A stretch of DNA of 64,000 nt from Escherichia coli. Its GTDB lineage: Bacteria > Pseudomonadota > Gammaproteobacteria > Enterobacterales > Enterobacteriaceae. The stretch lies in assembly GCF_003018255.1 (NCBI RefSeq), contig NZ_CP027440.1, one strand, 5' to 3'. Shown piece by piece: positions 1 through 14,242 of the stretch. Made by a program: the position numbers and the translations under genes. The number at the start of each line of letters is the position of its first letter. Positions within the stretch are counted from its first letter, which is position 1. Below the pieces are notes generated by a model. It was not told the DNA's origin, ran no database searches, and saw only the letters and a list, made by a program, of their open reading frames with translations.

Positions 1-2
1 TG

Positions 3-68
3 ATCCTGTGGGGACTGGATGGTATTCTGGTTCGCCTGGTATCCTTTATCACTGGCCTGAGGTTCTGA
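3..68 (+). CDS. secE: Protein translocase subunit SecE, 3' end only (gene begins upstream of window)
   Basis: Frame starting at nt 3 translates to [21 protein letters not shown] then stop at 66-68, directly upstream of nusG as in the secE-nusG operon. Confidence 0.7.
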
Positions 69-69
69 G

Positions 70-615
70 ATGTCTGAAGCTCCTAAAAAGCGCTGGTACG
101 TCGTTCAGGCGTTTTCCGGTTTTGAAGGCCGCGTAGCAACGTCGCTGCGTGAGCATATCAAATTACACAACATGGAAGAGTTGTTTGGTGAAGTCATGGT
201 ACCAACCGAAGAAGTGGTTGAAATCCGTGGCGGTCAGCGTCGCAAAAGCGAACGTAAATTCTTCCCTGGCTACGTCCTCGTTCAGATGGTGATGAACGAC
301 GCGAGCTGGCACCTGGTGCGCAGCGTACCGCGTGTGATGGGCTTCATCGGCGGTACTTCCGATCGTCCTGCGCCAATCAGCGATAAAGAAGTCGATGCGA
401 TTATGAACCGCCTGCAGCAGGTTGGTGATAAGCCGCGTCCGAAAACGTTGTTTGAACCGGGTGAAATGGTCCGTGTTAATGATGGTCCGTTCGCTGACTT
501 CAACGGCGTTGTTGAAGAAGTTGATTACGAGAAATCTCGTCTGAAAGTGTCTGTTTCTATCTTCGGTCGTGCGACCCCTGTAGAGCTGGACTTCAGCCAG
601 GTTGAAAAAGCTTAA
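70..615 (+). CDS. nusG: Transcription termination/antitermination factor NusG
   Basis: 181-aa ORF recognised as NusG (KOW motif region, length match); position between secE and rplK. Confidence 0.97.
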
Positions 616-646
616 CCCAGCGATCAAAAAAGCGGCGATTTAATCG

Positions 647-675
647 TTGCACAAGGCGCGAGATTGGAATACAAT
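647..675 (+). promoter_or_regulatory. Sigma-70 promoter for rplKA (PL11): -35 ttgcac, 17-bp spacer, -10 tacaat
   Basis: Hexamers read directly from sequence at 647-652 and 670-675; matches expected position of L11 promoter. Confidence 0.5.
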
Positions 676-693
676 TTCGCGCCTTTTGTTTTT
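653..693 (+). terminator. Intrinsic terminator/attenuator downstream of nusG (hairpin ggcgcgaga...ttcgcgcc followed by T-run)
   Basis: Inverted repeat 653-685 followed by ttttgttttt. Confidence 0.5.
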
Positions 694-710
694 ATGGGCC
701 TTGCCCGTAA

Positions 711-1910
<1,200 letters not shown>

Positions 1911-1932
1911 TGCCTTTACGTGGGCGGTGATT

Positions 1933-1961
1933 TTGTCTACAATCTTACCCCCACGTATAAT
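1933..1961 (+). promoter_or_regulatory. Sigma-70 promoter for rplJL-rpoBC (PL10): -35 ttgtct, 17-bp spacer, -10 tataat
   Basis: Hexamers at 1933-1938 and 1956-1961. Confidence 0.45.
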
Positions 1962-2322
1962 GCTTAATGCAGACGTATATCCGAGATATTCGGGTTGTGG
2001 CAAGGCGGTAACTGAGTGAGTCGCCAGGAGCATAGTTAACTATGTGACTGGTGCGAACGAAGGAAGCCAACGCCGCCACAAGCTGAATAGCGACGGATAG
2101 AAAAGATTTGTTCGTTGGAGCCTGGCCTATCCAGGCCTCCGTCGAAGACCGCAGGAGTTTCGCAAGAAACTTAATCCCCTGCGTAGACGGTGACAGAACG
2201 CTAAGATTATTCTTTTATATTCTGGCTTGTTTCTGCTCACCGTAATTAAGACGCTCTCTCCGTTTGGAGGAGTGAAGTGAGTTCCAGAGATTTTCTCTGG
2301 CAAACATCCAGGAGCAAAGCTA
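1962..2322 (+). promoter_or_regulatory. rplJ mRNA leader (L10-L12 autoregulatory leader region)
   Basis: Long untranslated leader (~360 nt) between promoter and rplJ start; known site of L10(L12)4 translational feedback in E. coli. Confidence 0.5.
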
Positions 2323-2820
2323 ATGGCTTTAAATCTTCAAGACAAACAAGCGATTGTTGCTGAAGTCAGCGAAGTAGCCAAAGGCGCGCTGTCTGCAGTA
2401 GTTGCGGATTCCCGTGGCGTAACTGTAGATAAAATGACTGAACTGCGTAAAGCAGGTCGCGAAGCTGGCGTATACATGCGTGTTGTTCGTAACACCCTGC
2501 TGCGCCGTGCTGTTGAAGGTACTCCGTTCGAGTGCCTGAAAGACGCGTTTGTTGGTCCGACCCTGATTGCATACTCTATGGAACACCCGGGCGCTGCTGC
2601 TCGTCTGTTCAAAGAGTTCGCGAAAGCGAATGCAAAATTTGAGGTCAAAGCCGCTGCCTTTGAAGGTGAGCTGATCCCGGCGTCTCAGATCGACCGCCTG
2701 GCAACTCTGCCGACCTACGAAGAAGCAATTGCACGCCTGATGGCAACCATGAAAGAAGCTTCGGCTGGCAAACTGGTTCGTACTCTGGCTGCTGTACGCG
2801 ATGCGAAAGAAGCTGCTTAA
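2323..2820 (+). CDS. rplJ: 50S ribosomal protein L10
   Basis: 165-aa ORF recognised as L10. Confidence 0.97.
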
Positions 2821-2886
2821 TCGCAGTTATCTTTTTAACGCATTCGCTTACGTATAAACTTATTCTGATATTCAGGAACAATTTAA

Positions 2887-3252
<366 letters not shown>

Positions 3253-3292
3253 GCCAACCCTTCCGGTTGCAGCCTGAGAAATCAGGCTGATG

Positions 3293-3323
3293 GCTGGTGA
3301 CTTTTTAGTCACCAGCCTTTTTG
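3293..3323 (+). terminator. rplL-rpoB intercistronic attenuator (partial intrinsic terminator)
   Basis: Hairpin ggctggtgac-ttttt-agtcaccagcc followed by tttttgcg; second upstream hairpin cagcctgagaaatcaggctg at 3270-3289. Confidence 0.6.
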
Positions 3324-3571
3324 CGCTGTAAGGCGCCAGTAGCGTTTCACACTGTTTGACTACTGCTGTGCCTTTCAATGCTTGTTTCTATCGACGACTT
3401 AATATACTGCGACAGGACGTCCGTTCTGTGTAAATCGCAATGAAATGGTTTAAGCGTGATAGCAACAGGCATTGCGGAAAGTGTTCCATTTTCCGGTCAA
3501 CAAAATAGTGTTGCACAAACTGTCCGCTCAATGGACAGATGGGTCGACTTGTCAGCGAGCTGAGGAACCCT

Positions 3572-6500
3572 ATGGTTTACTCCTATACCGAGAAAAAACG
3601 TATTCGTAAGGATTTTGGTAAACGTCCACAAGTTCTGGATGTACCTTATCTCCTTTCTATCCAGCTTGACTCGTTTCAGAAATTTATCGAGCAAGATCCT
3701 GAAGGGCAGTATGGTCTGGAAGCTGCTTTCCGTTCCGTATTCCCGATTCAGAGCTACAGCGGTAATTCCGAGCTGCAATACGTCAGCTACCGCCTTGGCG
3801 AACCGGTGTTTGACGTCCAGGAATGTCAAATCCGTGGCGTGACCTATTCCGCACCGCTGCGCGTTAAACTGCGTCTGGTGATCTATGAGCGCGAAGCGCC
3901 GGAAGGCACCGTAAAAGACATTAAAGAACAAGAAGTCTACATGGGCGAAATTCCGCTCATGACAGACAACGGTACCTTTGTTATCAACGGTACTGAGCGT
4001 GTTATCGTTTCCCAGCTGCACCGTAGTCCGGGCGTCTTCTTTGACTCCGACAAAGGTAAAACCCACTCTTCGGGTAAAGTGCTGTATAACGCGCGCATCA
4101 TCCCTTACCGTGGTTCCTGGCTTGACTTCGAATTCGATCCGAAGGACAACCTGTTCGTACGTATCGACCGTCGCCGTAAACTGCCTGCGACCATCATTCT
4201 GCGCGCCCTGAACTACACCACAGAGCAGATCCTCGACCTGTTCTTTGAAAAAGTTATCTTTGAAATCCGTGATAACAAGCTGCAGATGGAACTGGTGCCG
4301 GAACGCCTGCGTGGTGAAACCGCATCTTTTGACATCGAAGCTAACGGTAAAGTGTACGTAGAAAAAGGCCGCCGTATCACTGCGCGCCACATTCGCCAGC
4401 TGGAAAAAGACGACGTCAAACTGATCGAAGTCCCGGTTGAGTACATCGCAGGTAAAGTGGTTGCTAAAGACTATATTGATGAGTCTACCGGCGAGCTGAT
4501 CTGTGCTGCGAACATGGAGCTGAGCCTGGATCTGCTGGCTAAGCTGAGCCAGTCTGGTCACAAGCGTATCGAAACGCTGTTCACCAACGATCTGGATCAC
4601 GGCCCATATATCTCTGAAACCTTACGTGTCGACCCAACTAACGACCGTCTGAGCGCACTGGTAGAAATCTACCGCATGATGCGCCCTGGCGAGCCGCCGA
4701 CTCGTGAAGCAGCTGAAAGCCTGTTCGAGAACCTGTTCTTCTCCGAAGACCGTTATGACTTGTCTGCGGTTGGTCGTATGAAGTTCAACCGTTCTCTGCT
4801 GCGCGAAGAAATCGAAGGTTCCGGTATTCTGAGCAAAGACGACATCATTGATGTTATGAAAAAGCTCATCGATATCCGTAACGGTAAAGGCGAAGTCGAT
4901 GATATCGACCACCTCGGCAACCGTCGTATCCGTTCCGTTGGCGAAATGGCGGAAAACCAGTTCCGCGTTGGCCTGGTACGTGTAGAGCGTGCGGTGAAAG
5001 AGCGTCTGTCTCTGGGCGATCTGGATACCCTGATGCCTCAGGATATGATCAACGCCAAGCCGATTTCCGCAGCAGTGAAAGAGTTCTTCGGTTCCAGCCA
5101 GCTGTCTCAGTTTATGGACCAGAACAACCCGCTGTCTGAGATTACGCACAAACGTCGTATCTCCGCACTCGGCCCAGGCGGTCTGACCCGTGAACGTGCA
5201 GGCTTCGAAGTTCGAGACGTACACCCGACTCACTACGGTCGCGTATGTCCAATAGAAACCCCTGAAGGTCCGAACATCGGTCTGATCAACTCTCTGTCCG
5301 TGTACGCACAGACTAACGAATACGGCTTCCTTGAGACTCCGTATCGTAAAGTGACCGACGGTGTTGTAACTGACGAAATTCACTACCTATCTGCTATCGA
5401 AGAAGGCAACTACGTTATCGCCCAGGCGAACTCCAACCTGGATGAAGAAGGCCACTTCGTAGAAGACCTGGTAACCTGCCGTAGCAAAGGCGAATCCAGC
5501 TTGTTCAGCCGCGACCAGGTTGACTACATGGACGTATCCACCCAGCAGGTGGTATCCGTCGGTGCGTCCCTGATCCCGTTCCTGGAACACGATGACGCCA
5601 ACCGTGCATTGATGGGTGCGAACATGCAACGTCAGGCCGTTCCGACTCTGCGCGCTGACAAGCCGCTGGTTGGTACTGGTATGGAACGTGCTGTTGCCGT
5701 TGACTCCGGTGTAACTGCGGTAGCTAAACGTGGTGGTGTCGTTCAGTACGTGGATGCTTCCCGTATCGTTATCAAAGTTAACGAAGACGAGATGTATCCG
5801 GGTGAAGCAGGTATCGATATCTACAACCTGACCAAATACACCCGTTCTAACCAGAACACCTGTATCAACCAGATGCCGTGTGTGTCTCTGGGTGAACCGG
5901 TTGAACGTGGCGACGTGCTGGCAGACGGTCCGTCCACCGACCTCGGTGAACTGGCGCTTGGTCAGAACATGCGCGTAGCGTTCATGCCGTGGAATGGTTA
6001 CAACTTCGAAGACTCCATCCTCGTATCCGAGCGTGTTGTTCAGGAAGACCGTTTCACCACCATCCACATTCAGGAACTGGCGTGTGTGTCCCGTGACACC
6101 AAGCTGGGGCCAGAAGAGATCACCGCTGACATCCCGAACGTGGGTGAAGCTGCGCTCTCCAAACTGGATGAATCCGGTATCGTTTACATTGGTGCGGAAG
6201 TGACCGGTGGCGACATTCTGGTTGGTAAGGTTACGCCGAAAGGTGAAACTCAGCTGACCCCAGAAGAAAAACTGCTGCGTGCGATCTTCGGTGAGAAAGC
6301 GTCTGACGTTAAAGACTCTTCTCTGCGCGTACCAAACGGTGTATCCGGTACGGTTATCGACGTTCAGGTCTTTACTCGCGATGGCGTAGAAAAAGACAAA
6401 CGTGCGCTGGAAATCGAAGAAATGCAGCTCAAACAGGCGAAGAAAGACCTGTCTGAAGAACTGCAGATCCTCGAAGCGGGTCTGTTCAGCCGTATCCGTG

Positions 6501-7600
6501 CTGTGCTGGTAGCCGGTGGCGTTGAAGCTGAGAAGCTCGACAAACTGCCGCGCGATCGCTGGCTGGAGCTGGGCCTGACCGACGAAGAGAAACAAAATCA
6601 GCTGGAACAGCTGGCTGAGCAGTATGACGAACTGAAACACGAGTTCGAGAAGAAACTCGAAGCGAAACGCCGCAAAATCACCCAGGGCGACGATCTGGCA
6701 CCGGGCGTGCTGAAGATTGTTAAGGTATATCTGGCGGTTAAACGCCGTATCCAGCCTGGTGACAAGATGGCAGGTCGTCATGGTAACAAGGGTGTAATTT
6801 CTAAGATCAACCCGATCGAAGATATGCCTTACGATGAAAACGGTACGCCGGTAGACATCGTACTGAACCCGCTGGGCGTACCGTCTCGTATGAACATCGG
6901 TCAGATCCTCGAAACCCACCTGGGTATGGCTGCGAAAGGTATCGGCGACAAGATCAACGCCATGCTGAAACAGCAGCAAGAAGTCGCGAAACTGCGCGAA
7001 TTCATCCAGCGTGCGTACGATCTGGGCGCTGACGTTCGTCAGAAAGTTGACCTGAGTACCTTCAGCGATGAAGAAGTTATGCGTCTGGCTGAAAACCTGC
7101 GCAAAGGTATGCCAATCGCAACGCCGGTGTTCGACGGTGCGAAAGAAGCAGAAATTAAAGAGCTGCTGAAACTTGGCGACCTGCCGACTTCTGGTCAGAT
7201 CCGCCTGTACGACGGCCGCACTGGTGAACAGTTCGAGCGTCCGGTAACCGTTGGTTACATGTACATGCTGAAACTGAACCACCTGGTCGACGACAAGATG
7301 CACGCGCGTTCCACCGGTTCTTACAGCCTGGTTACTCAGCAGCCGCTGGGTGGTAAGGCACAGTTCGGTGGTCAGCGTTTCGGGGAGATGGAAGTGTGGG
7401 CGCTGGAAGCATACGGCGCAGCATACACCCTGCAGGAAATGCTCACCGTTAAGTCTGATGACGTGAACGGTCGTACTAAGATGTATAAAAACATCGTGGA
7501 CGGCAACCATCAGATGGAGCCGGGCATGCCAGAATCCTTCAACGTATTGTTGAAAGAGATTCGTTCGCTGGGTATCAACATCGAACTGGAAGACGAGTAA
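3572..7600 (+). CDS. rpoB: DNA-directed RNA polymerase subunit beta
   Basis: ORF recognised as RpoB; true start [16 protein letters not shown] is the 12th codon of the 1353-aa ORF in the track, giving 1342 aa. Confidence 0.97.
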
Positions 7601-7676
7601 TTCTCGCTCAAACAGGTCACTGCTGTCGGGGTAAAACCCGGCAGCGGATTGTGCTAACTCCGACGGGAGCAAATCC

Positions 7677-10600
7677 GTGAAAGATTTATTAAAGTTTCTG
7701 AAAGCGCAGACTAAAACCGAAGAGTTTGATGCGATCAAAATTGCTCTGGCTTCGCCAGACATGATCCGTTCATGGTCTTTCGGTGAAGTTAAAAAGCCGG
7801 AAACCATCAACTACCGTACGTTCAAACCAGAACGTGACGGCCTTTTCTGCGCCCGTATCTTTGGGCCGGTAAAAGATTACGAGTGCCTGTGCGGTAAGTA
7901 CAAGCGCCTGAAACACCGTGGTGTCATCTGTGAGAAGTGCGGCGTTGAAGTGACCCAGACTAAAGTACGCCGTGAGCGTATGGGCCACATCGAACTGGCT
8001 TCCCCGACTGCGCACATCTGGTTCCTGAAATCGCTGCCGTCCCGTATCGGCCTGCTGCTCGATATGCCGCTGCGCGATATCGAACGCGTACTGTACTTCG
8101 AATCCTATGTGGTTATTGAAGGCGGTATGACCAACCTGGAACGCCAGCAGATCCTGACTGAAGAGCAGTATCTGGACGCGCTGGAAGAGTTCGGTGACGA
8201 ATTCGACGCGAAAATGGGTGCGGAAGCAATCCAGGCCCTGCTGAAGAGCATGGATCTGGAGCAAGAGTGCGAACAGCTGCGTGAAGAGCTGAACGAAACC
8301 AACTCCGAAACCAAGCGTAAAAAGCTGACCAAGCGTATCAAACTGCTGGAAGCGTTCGTTCAGTCTGGTAACAAACCAGAGTGGATGATCCTGACCGTTC
8401 TGCCGGTACTGCCGCCAGATCTGCGTCCGCTGGTTCCGCTGGATGGTGGTCGTTTCGCGACTTCTGACCTGAACGATCTGTATCGTCGCGTCATTAACCG
8501 TAACAACCGTCTGAAACGTCTGCTGGATCTGGCTGCGCCGGACATCATCGTACGTAACGAAAAACGTATGCTGCAGGAAGCGGTAGACGCCCTGCTGGAT
8601 AACGGTCGTCGCGGTCGTGCGATCACCGGTTCTAACAAGCGTCCTCTGAAATCTTTGGCCGACATGATCAAAGGTAAACAGGGTCGTTTCCGTCAGAACC
8701 TGCTCGGTAAGCGTGTTGACTACTCCGGTCGTTCTGTAATCACCGTAGGTCCATACCTGCGTCTGCATCAGTGCGGTCTGCCGAAGAAAATGGCGCTGGA
8801 GCTGTTCAAACCGTTCATCTACGGCAAGCTGGAACTGCGTGGTCTTGCTACCACCATTAAAGCTGCGAAGAAAATGGTTGAGCGCGAAGAAGCTGTCGTT
8901 TGGGATATCCTGGACGAAGTTATCCGCGAACACCCGGTACTGCTGAACCGTGCACCGACTCTGCACCGTCTGGGTATCCAGGCATTTGAACCGGTACTGA
9001 TCGAAGGTAAAGCTATCCAGCTGCACCCGCTGGTTTGTGCGGCATATAACGCCGACTTCGATGGTGACCAGATGGCAGTTCACGTACCGCTGACGCTGGA
9101 AGCCCAGCTGGAAGCGCGTGCGCTGATGATGTCTACCAACAACATCCTGTCCCCGGCGAACGGCGAACCAATCATCGTTCCGTCTCAGGACGTTGTACTG
9201 GGTCTGTACTACATGACCCGTGACTGTGTTAACGCCAAAGGCGAAGGCATGGTGCTGACTGGCCCGAAAGAAGCAGAACGTCTGTATCGCTCTGGTCTGG
9301 CCTCTCTGCATGCGCGCGTTAAAGTGCGTATCACCGAGTATGAAAAAGATGCTAACGGTGAATTAGTAGCGAAAACCAGCCTGAAAGACACGACTGTTGG
9401 CCGTGCCATTCTGTGGATGATTGTACCGAAAGGTCTGCCTTACTCCATCGTCAACCAGGCGCTGGGTAAAAAAGCAATCTCCAAAATGCTGAACACCTGC
9501 TACCGCATTCTCGGTCTGAAACCGACCGTTATTTTTGCGGACCAGATCATGTACACCGGCTTTGCATATGCAGCGCGTTCTGGTGCATCTGTTGGTATCG
9601 ATGACATGGTCATCCCGGAGAAGAAACACGAAATCATCTCCGAGGCAGAAGCAGAAGTTGCTGAAATTCAGGAGCAGTTCCAGTCTGGTCTGGTAACTGC
9701 GGGCGAACGCTACAACAAAGTTATCGATATCTGGGCTGCGGCGAACGATCGTGTATCCAAAGCGATGATGGATAACCTGCAAACTGAAACCGTTATTAAC
9801 CGTGACGGTCAGGAAGAGAAGCAGGTTTCCTTCAACAGCATCTACATGATGGCCGACTCCGGTGCGCGTGGTTCTGCGGCACAGATTCGTCAGCTTGCTG
9901 GTATGCGTGGTCTGATGGCGAAGCCGGATGGCTCCATCATCGAAACGCCAATCACCGCGAACTTCCGTGAAGGTCTGAACGTACTCCAGTACTTCATCTC
10001 CACCCACGGTGCTCGTAAAGGTCTGGCGGATACCGCACTGAAAACGGCGAACTCCGGTTACCTGACTCGTCGTCTGGTTGACGTGGCGCAGGACCTGGTG
10101 GTTACCGAAGACGATTGTGGTACTCATGAAGGTATCATGATGACTCCGGTTATCGAAGGTGGTGACGTTAAAGAGCCGCTGCGCGATCGCGTACTGGGTC
10201 GTGTAACTGCTGAAGACGTTCTGAAGCCGGGTACTGCTGATATCCTCGTTCCGCGCAACACGCTGCTGCACGAACAGTGGTGTGACCTGCTGGAAGAGAA
10301 CTCTGTCGACGCGGTTAAAGTACGTTCTGTTGTATCTTGTGACACCGACTTTGGTGTATGTGCGCACTGCTACGGTCGTGACCTGGCGCGTGGCCACATC
10401 ATCAACAAAGGTGAAGCAATCGGTGTTATCGCGGCACAGTCCATCGGTGAACCGGGTACACAGCTGACCATGCGTACGTTCCACATCGGTGGTGCGGCAT
10501 CTCGTGCGGCTGCTGAATCCAGCATCCAGGTGAAAAACAAAGGTAGCATCAAGCTCAGCAACGTGAAGTCGGTTGTGAACTCCAGCGGTAAACTGGTTAT

Positions 10601-11900
10601 CACTTCCCGTAACACCGAACTGAAACTGATCGACGAATTCGGTCGTACCAAAGAAAGCTACAAAGTACCTTACGGTGCGGTACTGGCAAAAGGCGATGGC
10701 GAACAGGTTGCTGGCGGCGAAACCGTTGCAAACTGGGACCCGCACACCATGCCGGTTATCACCGAAGTAAGCGGTTTTGTACGCTTTACTGACATGATCG
10801 ACGGTCAGACCATTACGCGTCAGACCGACGAATTGACCGGTCTGTCTTCGCTGGTGGTTCTGGATTCCGCAGAACGTACCGCAGGTGGTAAAGATCTGCG
10901 TCCGGCACTGAAAATCGTTGATGCTCAGGGTAACGATGTACTGATCCCGGGTACCGATATGCCTGCGCAGTACTTCCTGCCGGGTAAAGCGATTGTTCAG
11001 CTGGAAGATGGCGTACAGATCAGCTCTGGTGACACCCTGGCGCGTATTCCGCAGGAATCTGGCGGTACCAAGGACATCACCGGTGGTCTGCCGCGCGTTG
11101 CGGATCTGTTCGAAGCACGTCGTCCGAAAGAGCCGGCAATCCTGGCTGAAATCAGCGGTATCGTTTCCTTCGGTAAAGAAACCAAAGGTAAACGTCGTCT
11201 GGTTATCACTCCGGTAGACGGTAGCGATCCGTACGAAGAGATGATTCCAAAATGGCGTCAGCTCAATGTGTTCGAAGGTGAACGTGTAGAACGTGGTGAC
11301 GTAATTTCCGATGGTCCGGAAGCGCCGCACGACATTCTGCGTCTGCGTGGTGTTCATGCTGTTACTCGTTACATCGTTAACGAAGTACAAGACGTATACC
11401 GTCTGCAGGGCGTTAAGATTAACGATAAACACATCGAAGTTATCGTTCGTCAGATGCTGCGTAAAGCTACCATCGTTAACGCGGGCAGCTCCGACTTCCT
11501 GGAAGGTGAACAGGTTGAATACTCTCGCGTCAAGATCGCAAACCGCGAACTGGAAGCGAACGGCAAAGTGGGTGCAACTTACTCCCGCGATCTGCTGGGT
11601 ATCACCAAAGCGTCTCTGGCAACCGAGTCCTTCATCTCCGCGGCATCGTTCCAGGAGACCACTCGCGTGCTGACCGAAGCAGCCGTTGCGGGCAAACGCG
11701 ACGAACTGCGCGGCCTGAAAGAGAACGTTATCGTGGGTCGTCTGATCCCGGCAGGTACCGGTTACGCGTACCACCAGGATCGTATGCGTCGCCGTGCTGC
11801 GGGTGAAGCTCCGGCTGCACCGCAGGTGACTGCAGAAGACGCATCTGCCAGCCTGGCAGAACTGCTGAACGCAGGTCTGGGCGGTTCTGATAACGAGTAA
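7677..11900 (+). CDS. rpoC: DNA-directed RNA polymerase subunit beta'
   Basis: 1407-aa ORF, GTG start, recognised as RpoC; 77 bp after rpoB. Confidence 0.97.
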
Positions 11901-11924
11901 TCGTTAATCCGCAAATAACGTAAA

Positions 11925-11948
11925 AACTCGCTTCGGCGGGTTTTTTTA
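11925..11948 (+). terminator. rpoC intrinsic terminator
   Basis: Hairpin ctcgc-ttcg-gcggg followed by ttttttt. Confidence 0.7.
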
Positions 11949-12139
11949 TGGGTGTTATTCAGAGGGCAATTCTTCACGGAATTTTTAAGAAAGGCAGGGC
12001 GAAACGAGGAAGAAGCTTTTCGCCCTGGACAACATTCCTGCTGACGGGACTACCATAAAAAAACACAACGCTTTCAACAACCTTGCGTTTTTCATCTTCC
12101 GTAGCGGCTCGGAATAAATTTACGTTGTTACATTCTGTC

Positions 12140-13273
12140 TCATGGCCTTTGCGAGGCGCGTCCCAGATAGCTGTCCCAGTCTTTCCATACCGGCTGCAAA
12201 CCCTGAGCAGTTAACGCGGCAGCAACCGCTTCCGGTCTGCGATCGTCGTGCGGTGAGAACTGTTCCAGCTCGGGGTGATTGTCGGCATAGCCACCTGGCT
12301 GCGTTTTCGAAAAAGCGCTGACGTTATTAATTGCCAGCGGAATAACGCGATCGCGAAACCACGGTGATTCCCGCGTGGAGAGTGACAGTTCAATCTCCGG
12401 TGCAAGCAGCCGGAAGGCGCAGATGGTTTGCACTAACTGGCGTTCATCCATAATCGACGCAGGCTCAATGCCGCCAGTACATGGACGCAGGCGTGGGAAG
12501 GAGATAGAGTAGCGGCTTTGCCAGTAATGCTGTTGCAGCCATAGCAAATGTTCTGCAACCATATAGCAGTCAACGCGCCAGCTGTCGGAAAGGCCAATTA
12601 GCGCGCCGAGGCCTATCTTATCAATCCCCGCACGGCCCAGCCGATCCGGCGTTTCCAGCCGCCAGAAGAAGTCCTGTTTTTTACCTTTCAGATGATGGCG
12701 GGCATAAGTCGCCTCGTGATATGTCTCCTGATAAACCATCACGCCATCCAGACCTAGTTGCTTTAACTCGGCGTATTCCGTCTCCGCCAGCGGTTGCACT
12801 TCCATCTGTAGTGAAGAGAACTGTTCACGCAGGGCAGGGAGATGACGACGAAAGTAATCCATCCCCACTTTCACCTGATGTTCACCAGTGACTAATAGCA
12901 GATGTTCAAAGCCCATCTCCCGTATAGCGGCGCTTTCCCTGGCAATATCCGCTTCATCCAGCGTTTTGCGCTTGATGCGATTGCTCATGGAAAATCCGCA
13001 GTACGTGCAGTCGTTAGCGCAAAGATTGGAAAGATAAAGCGGGACGTAGAAGCTGACGACGTTGCCAAATCGCTGACGGGTCAGACGCTGCGCCCGTTGG
13101 GCCAGTGGTTCCAGATAGCCACTGGCGGCTGGCGATAACAGCGCCATCATATCGTCGCGGGTGAGTTGCGAGGCATTTAGCGCCCGCTCTACGTCAGCAG
13201 CCGTTTTGCTGTTGATACGCAGGCGGATGTCGTCCCAGTCCAGTTGTCGCCAGCGATCGCTGAAGGTTTTCAT
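12140..13273 (-). CDS. thiH: 2-iminoacetate synthase (thiazole biosynthesis, radical SAM)
   Basis: 377-aa ORF with CxxxCxxC radical-SAM motif ([10 protein letters not shown]), last gene of thiCEFSGH. Confidence 0.95.
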   Translation of the reverse strand: MKTFSDRWRQLDWDDIRLRINSKTAADVERALNASQLTRDDMMALLSPAASGYLEPLAQRAQRLTRQRFGNVVSFYVPLYLSNLCANDCTYCGFSMSNRIKRKTLDEADIARESAAIREMGFEHLLLVTGEHQVKVGMDYFRRHLPALREQFSSLQMEVQPLAETEYAELKQLGLDGVMVYQETYHEATYARHHLKGKKQDFFWRLETPDRLGRAGIDKIGLGALIGLSDSWRVDCYMVAEHLLWLQQHYWQSRYSISFPRLRPCTGGIEPASIMDERQLVQTICAFRLLAPEIELSLSTRESPWFRDRVIPLAINNVSAFSKTQPGGYADNHPELEQFSPHDDRRPEAVAAALTAQGLQPVWKDWDSYLGRASQRP

Positions 13274-14040
13274 GCTGATGCCTCCAGAAATCCGGTCAGC
13301 GGGCTGGTGGCATGAGCAAAATGACTGCGGCTGCCCGGTCCGGACTGACGTGCCAGCAGGCCTGCTTCTACTGCCAGACGAAATGCCTTCGCCATGTTGA
13401 CGGGATCGTCCGCGACGGCAATCGCCGTATTCACTAACACCGCGTCGGCCCCCATTTCCAGCGCCTGCGCGGCATGGCTGGGAACGCCGATGCCAGCATC
13501 GACAACCACCGGAACCGTGGCTTGCTGGGTAATAATCTCCAGCATGGCACGGGTTTCCAGTCCCTGATTCGAGCCAATCGGCGCGCCGAGCGGCATCACC
13601 GCTGCACAGCCGACTTCTTCCAGACGTTTACACAATACCGGATCGGCCCCGCAGTAAGGCAGCACGACAAATCCCTGTTGTACCAGCGTTTCGGCGGCTT
13701 TCAGGGTTTCGATGGGATCGGGCAACAGCCAGCGGGCGTCAGGGTGAATCTCTAATTTTAACCAGTTTGTGCCTAACGCTTCACGAGCCAGATGGGCGGC
13801 GAAAATGGCTTCTTCCGCTGTTTTCGCCCCGGATGTATTTGGCAGCAGGGTCACACCCGCCGCGATAAGCGGTTCGAGGATAGCGTCGTTGTGCTGGCGC
13901 AAGTTGACGCGTTTCATCGCCAGTGTCACCAGTTGGCTGCCGCAAGCGCGGATCGCCTCCATCATCAGTTGTGAAGAGGCGAATTTCCCTGTGCCGGTAA
14001 ACAGATGTGAATCAAACGTTTTGTCCGCAATACGTAACAT
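13270..14040 (-). CDS. thiG: Thiazole synthase
   Basis: Start [20 protein letters not shown] is the 87th codon of the 342-aa ORF in the track; 256 aa; overlaps thiH start. Confidence 0.95.
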   Translation of the reverse strand: MLRIADKTFDSHLFTGTGKFASSQLMMEAIRACGSQLVTLAMKRVNLRQHNDAILEPLIAAGVTLLPNTSGAKTAEEAIFAAHLAREALGTNWLKLEIHPDARWLLPDPIETLKAAETLVQQGFVVLPYCGADPVLCKRLEEVGCAAVMPLGAPIGSNQGLETRAMLEIITQQATVPVVVDAGIGVPSHAAQALEMGADAVLVNTAIAVADDPVNMAKAFRLAVEAGLLARQSGPGSRSHFAHATSPLTGFLEASA

Positions 14041-14041
14041 C

Positions 14042-14242
14042 TCAACCCCCTGCAATAACCTGAAAAAGCAGGATCTGGTCGCCATCCTGCACGATATGTT
14101 GCGCCCACTGCTCACGCGGGACGATTTGCTGATTAATCGCCAGAGCCGCGCCCGATTGTCGTTGGTCGAGTTGCTCCAGTAGTTCGTGAACCGTTTGCCC
14201 GGCGGCGCACTGCATCGGTTGATCGTTAAACAGGATCTGCAT
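14042..14242 (-). CDS. thiS: Sulfur carrier protein ThiS
   Basis: 66-aa product MQILFNDQ...VIAGG with C-terminal Gly-Gly; internal start of the 75-aa ORF in the track. Confidence 0.9.
   Translation of the reverse strand: MQILFNDQPMQCAAGQTVHELLEQLDQRQSGAALAINQQIVPREQWAQHIVQDGDQILLFQVIAGG

Noticed and set aside
3539-3571. N-terminal extension of rpoB (ORF in track starts 11 codons upstream), and similar upstream extensions for aceB, aceA, metH, pgi, nfi, purD, thiG, iclR, zraP, sorC, sorM and sorE
   Set aside because: The track uses the most upstream possible start; the recognised N-termini of these proteins begin at internal ATG/GTG codons, which I used instead
5387-7810. 807-aa minus-strand ORF antisense to rpoB/rpoC, and the similar 803-aa ORF at 9363-11774 and 437-aa ORF at 720-2033
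   Set aside because: They lie entirely antisense to highly conserved, codon-biased genes (rpoB, rpoC, rplK/rplA); long stop-free antisense frames are a common artefact, and their translations are low-complexity with no recognisable domains
11949-12059. 36-codon ORF immediately after the rpoC terminator
   Set aside because: Short, no obvious ribosome-binding site, starts inside the terminator T-tract; more likely chance ORF or a relic than a real gene. Kept only as part of the yjaZ-absence finding
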